Shown here piece after piece: positions 25,101 through 37,743 of a stretch of 64,000 nt of DNA. The notes under the pieces were generated by a model that searched no databases, was not told the origin of the DNA, and worked only from the letters and a program-made list of their open reading frames with translations. This DNA is from Priapulus caudatus (lineage: Eukaryota): assembly GCF_000485595.1 (NCBI RefSeq), contig NW_014577083.1, positions 360,151 to 424,150 of the forward strand. Direction: 5' to 3'. Numbering within the stretch: the stretch's first letter is position 1; each line of letters starts with the position of its first letter. The translations under genes and the position numbers were made by a program.

Positions 25101-26925
25101 GGGACAGTTTTTACCCGATCTCGGATCATTTCAAATTAGCATGAAAGGTGCGTATGGTAAAGCGAGACGCATTCGTTTTTGGTGTGGCGAGTCATCGTTG
25201 GCCATGGTACAACATTTTTTGTGGAAATGGTTGTAGAGGGCCTGTAACTTGTGGCTGTATTTACGCCGGCGATTGTCCTGGAATTTGGGCACACAGGGCG
25301 ATATAACATGTCCGCTATATATATATATATATATATAAATATATAATATGTATATATAATATATATTTGATGACATCATAAATTTAAATAGCAAATTTTA
25401 ATACAAATATTAAATTTAATTTATTTTTAAATTTAAATTTTAATATAAATTAAATATAAATTTTAATCCAAATATAAATTTCATGATCAATCGGGTAAAA
25501 AGTGCAGACGTTTACAGGTTCTAGAATATTTCGACAAAAAATGTTGTACCATGGGCAACGATGATCCGCCCACACCAAAAAACAGATAGTGTTGTTGCTT
25601 CTGATAACTGCACCTTCATTCGAAATTTGAAGATGATCGAGAAGAACTGGGCAGGCGTAGAGCGCATCGAGCGAAGAAAGCTCTGAGGCGGCGGTGGTGA
25701 GAGAGATAGAGAGAAGAGAATATCAAGAGTGAATAATAATTATTTATTATATTCACTCTTAATCTTGTCTCTATTATCCGTACGATTTCAAAATGAGATC
25801 GAACACAGAATTACTACATTGATAATATCAGGGTAGTCTGGGTAGATAATGACAAAAATAATATATACTTTAATCAATCTAATCCAATACAAATAACTAA
25901 AATAACAACAAAAACAATACAAATAATGAAAGTGTCAAATGACACTCTACTCACTCACAAAAGAAGGATACAAATTAAATGAGTTGAGTGACGAAGTCAG
26001 TTTTAATTGAGCACCATCGACGTACATTATAGAAACGAAGAGTATATATGGGAGAACTCCATTATATAGCTCTGATATTATATGTGTAGATTTTTTTATG
26101 TGAAAATAAATAATAATATTATATAACTAGAACGAGCAGTTGTCGCGCAAGCGTAATGTATCCCTGTGATCTTGTAGATCAGAAAATGCTCTGTAAGGAG
26201 TAGAAGGCAGGTAAGTTAAATAAGTCACAAGAACAGAAGGTTTGTAGACAACTGGTGTGCTAGATGTTGGGCAAGTATATGGATCTGGTTACCTAGGGGC
26301 CGAAGAAGGAAATGTAAGTTGCGGTAGGTCAAGCTAAGGAGTCAGGCAGTGGTGGTTTTGGTATGGCGACAGACCTTCTCCCCAAGTATGTGTAAGGGCA
26401 TTATTAAGTTTGGTCGGCGCTAGGTCAATTAGGGGCTGAGTTAGAGAGCGGAAGAGAAATATGATCAAGTCAAGGTAACAGTGAAATAAAGGAAGTGCGC
26501 TGGTGGGCATTTTACCGATCTCGGATCATCTTCAATTTAGCAGAAGGTGCGTCATGGTAAAGGCGAAGACGCCAACGTTTTTGGTGTTGGCGGAGTCATC
26601 GTTGCCATGGTAACAACATGTTTGTGGAAATATTGTAGAGGCTGTACTTGTGGCTGTTTTTACGCCGACTTGTCAATGGAATTTGGGCATACATGGGCGA
26701 TATACTGTGCTATATATATATATATTATATATGTAATATATATATATGTTTGATAATCATAAAATTTAAATATAATTTAAATAAATTTTAATACAAATTT
26801 TAATACAATTTTAAATTTAAATTTATTTTAAATTTAAATTTACTATATTTAAATATAAATTTTAATAAAATATAAATTTCATGAAATCGGGTAAAAAAGT
26901 AGCAGAAGTTACAGTTGCTAGGAAT
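19149..26925 (+). repeat. Duplicated block X, copy 1 (colinear with 28580-36327)
   Basis: Same ordered sequence as copy 2, differing mainly by single-base indels. A short shared anchor also occurs at 18131-18252 and 28303-28422. Confidence 0.9.
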
Positions 26926-29229
26926 ATTTCGACAAAAAATGTGTTACATGGCAACGATGATCCGCCCAACACAAAAACGATAGGTGTCTTTGCTTTCGAT
27001 AACACGGTCTTCATTCGAAATTTGAAAATTGATTCCGAGAAGACTGCAGCAAGGTAGAGCGCTGCACTAAGGAATCTCAGGGCGGGGCGGCGCAGCGGAC
27101 GATTGGCTAAACGCATAGTATCCCCACACGAAGCTTGTTCGGGGATACATATAATTATAAATATTTATAAACAAAAATAATCACAGTTGTGACGGTAGAT
27201 GGGCTATACGCGTTTGATGTTTCTTAGCATAAATCATTATATTGATAATAATAATTAATAACAATGCTGCAGAGCGACCGCGCTCAACTGACGTGTACTG
27301 TACGAGATATTCTTCTGATAAACTCACATGGAACGAATGAAGTGCGCCCGTCTGCACGCGTTCGCTGCTCAGAGCATATATCTAGGATACACAATACATG
27401 TCTAATAATCTATGATGGTATCTATGGTAGTACAGTAGTAAAGATACAGCTGTGTAGACTTTAATGATTCTATATTAACATGTTATCAAGAGATAGTGTG
27501 GTCGAGCGGCGAGCGGTAGTGGTGGGGTGGGGAGGGGGAAGGTGGGGGAGGGTGGGGGAAGGGGCGGGGAGATGGGGTGGGGGAATGGGGAAGGGGAGGG
27601 TGGGGGGGAGGAGGCTCTATAGCAAAGCAGTTTCAGTGTCTTTGTTAACAGTTCAGCAATCATGTTGTTAACTCCTCTTGAGGGTCAAAAGGTTATGCCG
27701 ACACTACTCTTGCATGTCAGCGGAAAAGTACATTTCATGGTTTTCAATAAAGCCATAAAAAATGTAGGTCAGCCGCTGAAACAAAAAGTTCTTTTAATCG
27801 CTCGTCAGACGCATGTTCAGAAAATTCTAAATTGCCCGGTGCCGTCATTGAACTTTGACTGTGACCTCCATTTCGGCGGCAGTCATGGATTTTCCTACGC
27901 ATGATGCTATACACGGGCTAATCACGAGCCTAAGGTCGAGCGTTACAGAGTGACTGCATATCTATTTTTATGGGGCGAGTATATCGTAACATAATTTTTA
28001 TATGTTGGGGAAAAATGTCTTATATTTCACGATAGCATGCATAATTCATCTGTAAAGGTCAGGCTGGCTCACTATTAACACATTTCGAAGATTGCGTTTG
28101 AAAAACGGGTGAATTTTCCAGCGGCGGATGTGACGTCATTTTGAAGCACAATGTCTAACAGGAACATGCACGAACGTATAGAAAGTAACATACGCAGAGC
28201 GATTTTTGAAAGAATCAGCAAGTGAAAGTCATGATANNNNNNNNNNAAAATAGGAATTTTTTTTTTACAAATTTTACCGTGGAAAATTCGTGACGTAGTC
28301 AATTTAAGGTTGAGATTTCAAAAAATATTTTAAAACTGACGATGTCCATTTGCTTAGAATGCAGACGGTGCTTCTACATGCACATCACATCAGCGATCAC
28401 AATGGGCCAAGAATAGATAAAAACACTGAACATTGAATGTAGGTTCCCTTGGCAAACACCAAGGACATTTGCTATAGGGAGGGTACGAAAGGGGATAGAC
28501 ACTACATACACGATATGACATTACATATGACGATACATATACGATACATATTACATACACGATATGACATACGGCCATGACATTACATACAAGATATCAA
28601 GAGATCATCATATATCATCATATCAAGATATTATAGATCAAGCCATTTCGATTTGCGCCGCAATTCCGCATTTCCTCCTGTACCTCAAGTTAAGGGGATA
28701 ATAATTCCCCTTACCTCCACCTTTCTATACTTTGACCCTTGACAACCTATATCTCCTATTCAACAGGAAGACGAACAGACGAGCTATATCAGCAGAAATA
28801 TTAGTGTAGATATTGTTTGCAGTTCACGTACAACAGAATGTCACGTTGTTGCGCAGTTAGAATCGAACTGCACCAGGACCAGACACACACAGTAATACCC
28901 TGTAGCTACTTGTGCACCTGTATAGTACCTGACCTCATTAGGCAACAGGTACTGCACACAAGCTCGTAATATAATAAAAAAGTACACAGTCTCTTTTCTC
29001 CAGAAGTGATTTGCCTCATAGCGGTTTGTAAATTTATGTTTAAGCTCATATATTTTTAGAAGTATTAGAGGAAGCTAAACGGAGACCTACCGAATCTCAT
29101 TAAATATTCAGACAGCTCAGACATAACGACCCTTAGCGAGATCAGCAGATAGATTTACAAAATAATCCAGATTAAAATAATTCATGGAGAAAACACGTAA
29201 TGTTTTCTTTACAAATTATTTCAATATGG

Positions 29230-29260
<31 letters not shown>

Positions 29261-29639
29261 TTATTTATTTATTTATTTATAAAAGTGATTGGCTCTGACT
29301 TGGATAAGTCACGGCACAACATCAGACGGCAAAAATTTTCGCATGGCAAATGAAAGTGTCAATGACACTGTAGCTCACCACAAAAAAAGACACAAATGAG
29401 CGAGTGAGAAGAAGTCAGTTTTAATTGAGCAACCATCGACGTACATTATAGAAACGAAGAGTATATATGGGAGAACTTCCATTATATACTCTTGATAATT
29501 ATGTGTAATTTTTATGTGAAAATAATAAATAATTTATTACACAAAAAGAATCACAATTTGTGACGGTAGATGGCGCGCTATACCCGCTTTGATGTTTCTT
29601 AGCAATAAATACATTAATCGATAATAAATAATAATATAT

Positions 29640-30144
29640 ATAATAATAGTATAAATCCTAATATGTTGCATAAGCAGGAATTTTGCATTAATTATATTGT
29701 CAATGAAATCTTGTAAAACGAACCAGATGAGTTAGACACCACAGACTGTTTGTTATCTGCGTGTCTATATAATATGCTATATAATTGCCAAACCCTACCT
29801 AATTTGCATAATTTTTTTTTTAATATCAAAACCCCTAGCCCTTATTCATTCACGTACCAAAAATAAGCAAAATCCGTTGAACCTGAAGTGACTAATGGCA
29901 ATTCCCATTTTTGCCAAAAAATTGCCGTGGCTCGAAAGTACGTCGACTGGCGTGCTCCAAAATAGGACGTTTAATATGGGAGCATAGCAGTGACAACTAT
30001 ACCCAATTTCAAACATGTGGGTCAATTGGTTCCTGAGTTATCGTTGATCGTAGCCAAATGTTGACGGACGGACGGACGGACGGACGACGGACGACGACCC
30101 ATGGCAATATAGCTCAGCTTGACGATGTCAAGGTGAGCTAAAAA
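29640..30144 (-). mobile_element. Helentron-associated element (HINE family C, Pearl/CvA-like); left boundary approximate
   Basis: Minus-strand start TTTTTAGCTCACCTTGACATCGTCAAGCTGAGCTAT followed by (GTCC)n. Copies at about 20215-20718, with partial copies at 48480-48900 and 38935-38990. Confidence 0.7.
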
Positions 30145-30788
30145 TAGGTGACGCCGGTTGCACCCTTATTTGCCATATCATATGGCGAGAGCAGAGCATT
30201 TTTCCTAGCGGTTTTATGCTCTCATTTTTTACACTATGTTTTCAATGATAAGATATGCACTATAGAACCTGATCGTGTGAAATGACCAATGGCGATGTTG
30301 TTATGTCAAGCTGACGAGCTGTTCCACAGTCACACACAATACGACTAGTATTTTGCCATCTGATAACGTAATACATAATGCAATATTATTAGATTTCCAT
30401 GACTTTGTGACTGTGCCCTATATACTCTTCAGAACTATTCTAAATTGGATGCCATTCAGCATAAAGCTGCGAGATGGGTTTCCAAAAACTACCATGATAG
30501 TTCTGATGTGTCTTGGCTCAACTTGATTGGCCTCCTCTTCATGTCCGCTTTCTCCATGCTAAACTTTATAAGAAAATATACTGAACATTATACAATTATT
30601 GTCTTTATTATATACTAGTATTTAACGTTATGAGAATTATGTTTTCCTATAACAAATCACGACACTATAGTACTATATTGATTGAGGTATTTCCTATTTT
30701 CTTTAATCATATAAAATGTACTTGAGCTTACCATATCCACATAACATTTCCTTGCACATGTTGTATTGTAGGGCTGCATGCTAATTAA

Positions 30789-31363
30789 CCAGGTAAGGGG
30801 CGCTTCTAGTCCGACAAGGTGTGCGGCTAATTACGCTCCTCGATATTATTGTAATAACTGAACATAAGACTCCGTGGCTCGTATTATATATACCCGCACC
30901 CTCCACCAATTGTTGTACTTCTATTTAGGTGATAACCTCAGCTCCGGAATCGTAGCAGCATAGATTTAGCATATGGTAAAGATGTTTCGTAGATAGCAAG
31001 GTAGAGTAGCAGTGTAGAGTCTTGTCAGATAGAGCTGTAGTCGCATATTAGTTAGTGAACTCTGTCTTTATTACTACTCCGCCAAACACACGAATATATA
31101 CATACTACGGCAACCAAGGTACCCATGCCTAGGTTACTCGTCTCGTCTTCCGTTCTCTACATCTTACATAGTAACTGCCCATGTAATAACTAATATATAA
31201 TTGTCTCTCGATCCTCTGTATGTCCGTGTCTATTGATATTCTTCCTCAACAGCCCGGAGGTGGGGTTGCGAATATATATACGAGCCACGGAGCCTTATGT
31301 TATTACAATAATATCGAGGAGCGTAATTAACCACACGCCTCGTCAGGCTAGAAGCGCCCCTGG
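30789..31363. mobile_element. piggyBac-like MITE with ~110-bp TIRs
   Basis: TTAA|CCAGG..AGGGGCGCTTCTAG ... CTAGAAGCGCCCCTGG|TTAA with long inverted arms. Noisier copy at about 21365-21962. Confidence 0.75.
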
Positions 31364-31366
31364 TTA

Positions 31367-32002
31367 ACTAGAAAGGGCAGTTGTCGCCAACTACACGTAT
31401 CCCCCGTGATCTAGTATGAATGAAATATCTCTGTAAGGACGTAGAAGGTAGGCAAAGTTAAATAAGTCACAAAGACAAAGGTTTGTTACACAACTCATCT
31501 GCCTGAGATGTGCAAGTATGTTAAAATTGGTTTTGGCACGCGACACACCTTCTCCCCAAGATGTGTAAGTATACTAAGTTTGGTCGCGCTAGGTCAATTA
31601 GGGGCCGAGTTATAGAGCGGAAGGGAAATATGATTAAGGTCAAGGTAAAGGTCAAATAAAGGGCGTAAGTGACCTGGTTTTGGTACGCTGCGCACCTTCT
31701 CCCCAAGATGTGTAAGTATACTCAAGTTTGGTAGCGCTAGGTCAATTAGGGCGAGTTATGAGCGGAAGAGAAATATGATCAAGGTCAAAGTAAAAGGTCG
31801 TAGTGACCTGGTTTTGGTAGCGTGCGCACCTTCTCCCCAAGATGTGTAAGTAGACCATGTTTGGTCCACTGCTAGCTCAATTAGGGTCGAGTTATAGAGC
31901 AGAAGGGAAAGTCTCTGCGGTGGCGCGAGCGGCAGCGGCGGCGGCTGGACAGACATGAAAACCATAGTATAGTATCCCGCGACTTCGTCGCGAGGGATAC
32001 AA
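31367..32002 (-). mobile_element. HINE family A copy (about 3 internal repeat units)
   Basis: Same termini and repeat unit as 4879-5675. Duplicate at about 21965-22585. Confidence 0.8.
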
Positions 32003-32486
32003 TTAGCACGCAGCCCTAAAATACAACACACACTCATATGGTTATTGTACGTTAGAATGTCATTCTAATTCATGTCATAGCCTCACACGTTACGGTTATG
32101 TAAGCCTAGCTCACACACCCGAGAAAAACGGGAAATTTTGTTTTCCAGCATTTCGCGTTCTGCTCGGCGAGCAAGGGCACACCACCCACCCGACACAGCA
32201 CACAGCTGAGCAAAACATACAGAAACACTGCGTACAGCGCCGCTGTCACATGACATCAAAAATAGCCATCCAATAGACATCCAATTTTGTGTACGTGTCA
32301 TGTGATATTTTAAGGATATTGATTGGAGACCGTCTGTGGCGTTTCGCTGTGTAGCAGAACGATTGAGCGCACACACCGAGCAAAACGTACGCTCAGGCGA
32401 AAACACGTTCGCGAATCAAACATTGCTTGTTCAGCTGAACACGCTCAGCTGAGCAATGTTTTTTGTTTTGGGAATCCGCACACAGC

Positions 32487-32935
32487 ACCAGGCACTTGAA
32501 GCGTTTCAAAAAATATAATGCTAACTAAATTCGAAATCTGTAGTATTTACTACCAAATTCTTAATGTTTCTATACTCTCTTTCACCTATTATGCCGACAG
32601 TTTCCTGTCAATGCGTCCAAATGCCTACGTCAACCATACGCTGCCGCGCCATTGCTTTCGCGGCGCGGACTGTTGCACGCTTACACTAATATATATAGTG
32701 TAACATAGTGTAACTGTATATGTCGTATATATATTAGTGTAAGCGTGCAACAGTCGCGCCGCGAAAGCAATGGCGCCGGGCAGCGTATGGTTGGACGTAG
32801 GATTTGGACGGAAATTGACAGGAAACTGTCGGCAACAAATATGTGAAAGAGAGTATAGAAACATTAAGAATTTGGTAGTAAATAGATTTCGTATTAGTTA
32901 CGCTTATATTTTTTTGAAACGCTTCAAGTGCCTGT
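32487..32935. mobile_element. Foldback element with ~210-bp inverted arms
   Basis: CAGGCACTTGAAGCGTTTC.. / ..GAAACGCTTCAAGTGCCTG arms meet at an AT-rich centre (~32695-32727). CACACAGC lies on both flanks. Copy at about 23103-23563; right arm only at 42473-42682. Confidence 0.8.
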
Positions 32936-33689
32936 GCACACAGCCACGACATCGAGCGAAACACGTTTTTGCTCCACGTTCAGGTGTTTTGCTCGGGTGT
33001 GGCGCTAGGCTTTACGTTGTGCTTCCTTATAAGACTTTACATTATGTTTTATTCAATTAACATTGTATACATTCTTGTACATACATACACTGTATTACAG
33101 TTCTTGTAGCAGTAGTGTTTCACAGCATGCAAATTATGTTCTCCTTAAAACTCATTGCTCCTCTAATTTGCACTATATTCAAGTAGCATTAATTTCTTAT
33201 TCTCTATACACTCTCCTGAAATTCCGCAACATTATATTTTGGTCGGCAAAAGCAACAGATATAGATCATGTATTATAGATATAGATATAGATCAGCGCTA
33301 GCCTGCGAGACGGCCCGAGAACATTTCGTCACAGGAAATGCCATGTCGTGAAACAAAAAATTATCTGTAATATCGTAGCGCGCACGCTAAGCACGGCACG
33401 GTCGATGTGCCAACGACATACAGCAACAGAGATAGCTGCTGACAGATAGCTAGATCAGGCGCCGACTCATGTGCACGCTAGAAACACTACAGGTAAAAAA
33501 ACAGTCAATGTATCTATCCTGATTATTGTGAAGTCGTACCCCTGAACACCTACCACCAATGAGCCGAATTTTACCCTAAAAACATCCGACTAACAATGTG
33601 TACATTGGCAGCATCTCGACTACATGCTATCAGGCGTGAATAATAATAGAGAATGAGAAGAGTGTGAGAGAGAGATAGAGAGAAAGAGA

Positions 33690-36327
33690 ATATCAAGGAG
33701 TGAATAATAATCTATTATTATATCCTCCTTAATCCTTGTGTTATTATCCGTACGATTTCAAAATGAGATCGGAACACAGAAATTACTACATTGATATATC
33801 AGGGGTAGTCTGGGTAGATAATGACAAAATATAAATATATACTTATACAATCTAATACAATACAAATATACTACAAATAACAAACAAAAACAACAGTAAC
33901 AAAAAATGAAAGTATCAATGACACTGTAGCTCACCACAAAGAAGGATACAAATGAGTGAGTGAGAAGTCAGTTTTAATTGAGCAACCATCGACGTACATT
34001 ATAGAAACGAAGAGTATATATGGGAGAACTCCCATTATATACTCTTGATAATTATATGTGTAATTTTTTTTGTGAAAATAATAAATAATATTATATAACT
34101 AGAAACGAGCAGTTGTCGCCAACTACATGTATCCCCTGTGATCTAGTATGAATAGAAAATCTCTGTAAGGAGCGTAGAAGGCAGCTAAAGTTAAATAAGT
34201 CACAAAGACAAAGGTTTGTTAGACAACTGGTGTGCTCAGATGTGCAAGTATAGATGAATCTGGTTACCCTAGAGGCCGAAAGAGAAATGAAGTTGACGGT
34301 AAAGGTCAAACTAAAGGTCAAGGGCAGTGGTGGTTTTGGTATGCGACAGACCTTCTCCCCAAGATGTGTAAGCATATTATTTGGTCGCGCTAGGGTCAAT
34401 TAGGGGCTGAGTTTAAGAGGCGGAAGAGAATATTGATTCAAGGTCAAGGTAAAGGTGAAATAAAGGTCGAAGTGACCTGGTGGGCAGTTTTTACCCGATC
34501 TCGGATCATCTTCAAATTTAGCATGAAGGTGCGTAATGGTAAGCGAAGACGCCAATCGTTTTTGGTGTGGCGGAGTCATCGTTGCCATGGTAACAACATT
34601 TTTGTGGAAATGTTGTAGAGCCTGTAACTTGTGGCTGTTTTTTACCCGATTGTCATGGAATTTGGCCCACAGGCCCGATATAACATGTCCTATATATATA
34701 TATATATATATAATATATATGTATATATATATAATATTTGATGACAATCATAAATTTAAATACAAATTTTAATACAAATATTAAATTAATTTATTTTTAA
34801 ATTTAAATTTTAATATAAATTTAAATATAAATTTTAATACAAATATAAATTTCATGACAATCGGGTAAAAAGTGCAGAAGTTACAGGTTCTAGAATATTT
34901 CGACAAAAAATGTTGTTACCATGGCAACGATGACTCCGCCACACCAAAAAACAATAGGTGTCTTTGCTTCTGATAACGCACCTTCATTCGAAATTTGAAG
35001 ATGATCCGAGAAGAACTGCAGCCGTAGAGCGTCACGAAGAAAGCTCTACGGCGCGGTGGTGAGAGAGATAGAGAGATAGAGAATATCAAGAGTGAATAAT
35101 AATCTATTATTATATTCACTCCTTAATCTTGTCTTATTATCCGTACGCTTTCAAATAGAATCGAACACAGAAATTACTACATTGATAATATCAGGGGTAA
35201 GTCTGGGTAGATAATGACAAAAATAATATATACTTAATACAATCTAATCAATACAAATAACTAAAATAACAAAAACAAACAACAATAACAAATAATGAAA
35301 GTGTCAATGGACACTGTACTCACCACAAAGAAGGATACAATTAAATGAGTGAGTGAGAAGTCAGTTTTAATTGAGCAACCATCGAGCGTACATTATAGAA
35401 ACGAAGAGTATATATGGGAGAACTCCATTTATATACTCTGATTATTATATGTGTAGATTTTTTTATGTGAAAATAAAAATAATATTATATAACTAGAAAC
35501 GAGCAGTTGTCGCCAACGTAATGTATCCCCTGTGATCTGGTAGAATAGAAATCTCTGTAAGGAGTAGAAGGCAGGTAAGTTAATATAAGTCACAAAGAAC
35601 AAAGGTTTGTTAGAACAACTGGATGTGCTAGATGTTGGGCAAGTATATGGAATCTGGTTACCCTAGGGGGCCGAAGAAGGAAAATGTAAGTTGCGGTCAG
35701 GTCAAGCTAAGGCAGGTAAAGGCAGTGGTGGTTTTGGTATGGCGACCAGACCTCTCCACAAGTATGTAGTAAGGGCATTATTAAGTTTTGGTCGGCGCTA
35801 GGTCAATTAGGGCTGAGTTAGAGAGGCGGAAGAGAAATATGATCAAGTCAAGGTAAAGTGAAATAAAGCGAAGTGCGCTGGTGGGCATTTTACCGATCAT
35901 CGGATATCTTCAATTTAGCATGAAGGTGCGTCATGGTAAAGGCGAAGACGCCAATCGTTTTTGGTGTTGGCGGAGTCATCGTTGCCATGGTAACAACATT
36001 TTGTGCGACAATATTGTAGAGGCTGGTAACTTGTGCTGTTTTTACCCGACTTGTCAAATGGAATTTGGGGCATACAGGGCGATATAACCTGTGCTATAGG
36101 TATATATATATTATATATGTATATATATATATATGTTGATGATAATCATTAAAATTTAAATATAATTTAAATACAAATTTTAATACAAATTTTAATACAA
36201 AATTTTAAATTTAAATTTATTTTTAAATTTAAATTTAACTATAATTTTAAATATATTTTAATACAAATATAAATTTCATGACAATCGGGTAAAAAAGTAG
36301 CAGAAGTTACACAGGTTCTAGCGGACC
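33690..36327 (-). repeat. Tandem ~1.4-kb units, each a HINE-A variant plus flanking DNA
   Basis: Unit starts (CAAGAGTGAATAATAA) at about 33690 and 35085; HINE ACTAGAAACGAGCAGTTGTCGCC at about 34098 and 35492. The same array recurs at 24322-27150 and 43450-47760. Confidence 0.8.
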
Positions 36328-37354
36328 NNNNNNNNNNNNNNNNNNNNNNNNNACGCTCACGCACCCACGTCGCGCACACGCGTTCACGCACACACGTGCT
36401 CACGCACACACGTCACACATGCGCTCACGCACACACGCGCTCACGTCGCACACACGCACACACGCGCTCACGCACACACGCGCTCACGCACACACGATAA
36501 AAAAAATCGTGAGCCCCCTTAGGTCTTTGCCCCCCACTCCAAAACTGCTTCCGGCGCGCCTGACCTCACTTACGTAAGTGAGACCGGCCGAACTGAACTG
36601 ATAAACTGAATCGCAGTATTACAATTGAATTTGTCTTGATTTCAGTGAGGCGAATTTTTTTTAAAAACTTTATTTTCCATTTTTCGCCTTCTAAATCTTA
36701 GGGGGGCGACCGCCCCCATCGCCCCCCCCTGGCTTCGCCACTGACGTGTTAAGCCTTTGCCCGTTCCCGTGCATTGCTGTGTAAACATTGCCCGTTTTCA
36801 TAACAACTATTGCTACATTTTCTAGACAACACTGATTTGTAGAGCACATGACGTCCCCCATGCTCCACGTCTTAAGAAGGGTGCTGTTCCCACCAAAAGT
36901 GTCACCAAGGCCAAAAAGTCACCCAAAGTGAGAGTTTGCAGTGTTAATAGGGCAAGCAACCGTGAAGTAGAAAAGGTAAGATATTAAATTGTTCTCTAAA
37001 CTTCCGAAATTAAAAACAATGTATATGCAGATGCGATGGGTGCAGTTTGCCAAAAAAAAAGTTTCTAAATATTGCCTTTTGCTGATTTATTGTAGTTTAA
37101 ATAATTCTTAGACTGCAATAAAGGTAAGTTTATAATGTGTCCATTTCAATAATTTCTGATTGCCTTTTTTTTAGAAACAGAGACTAGCAGAATCTGAAAG
37201 CAGTGACACTGACAGGAGCATTGATTTGCCTGAGTTTGAGGTTCAGTTGAAGATTACTGACTCAATGTTGTTTTTTGAAATACGCACGTATGCACCATTT
37301 ATAAGTTGTTGGCAATGGTTAAATGTTAAAGGGAGATAATAAAGCCATTATTAC

Positions 37355-37450
37355 AGCAGAGGTTTCACATGGCACAGAAAACGAAGGCAGCTTCGACTGT
37401 AGTGTTTGGCCTTCTGGAATAGGAGGTGGTGCTGCAGCAATCTGTTCGGG
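37355..37450 (-). CDS. Inverted transposase exon D (PEQIAAAPPPIPEGQTLQSKLPSFSVPCETSA)
   Basis: ttttatttttaaacAG| acceptor, GCT|GTAATA donor. 96 nt, phase 0-0. Confidence 0.6.
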
Positions 37451-37608
37451 CTGTTTAAAAATAAAAGTGTATTGCTCTATAGAAACATAACATCCACATT
37501 TTACAATGATTGCAATAAGACATTTCATATGATGCTAATTAAAAATTTTTAATTTGTTGTAAAGTATAGCAATCGTGGCCATAAATTTAGAGGGCATGTG
37601 ATACCTAC

Positions 37609-37743
37609 ATGTGAATAGGCATGGTCGTGGACTACTTCGATCGTGGAACCATATACAATACTGCTCTCACATCGAGGACATGAAGGTTGGTAGTGCCCTG
37701 TCTGAGTTGAAATGCTTCTGGTCAAACAAAGCACTGGGGTTTT
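37609..37743 (-). CDS. Inverted transposase exon C (KTPVLCLTRSISTQTGHYQPSCPRCESSIVYGSTIEVVHDHAYSH)
   Basis: tttacAG| acceptor, CAT|GTAGGT donor. 135 nt, phase 0-0. Contains DHAY ([DE]HxY HCF-1-binding consensus) and STQT (LC8-type TQT). Confidence 0.7.

Larger units (their letters stand above)
28580..36327 (+). repeat. Duplicated block X, copy 2
   Basis: Colinear with 19149-26925 and bounded by N gaps (28237-28246, 36328-36352). Confidence 0.9.

Noticed and set aside
27521..27612. G-rich tract as a functional G-quadruplex
   Set aside because: It lies in the indel-rich region at a junction between repeats and may be low-quality sequence. There is no independent support.
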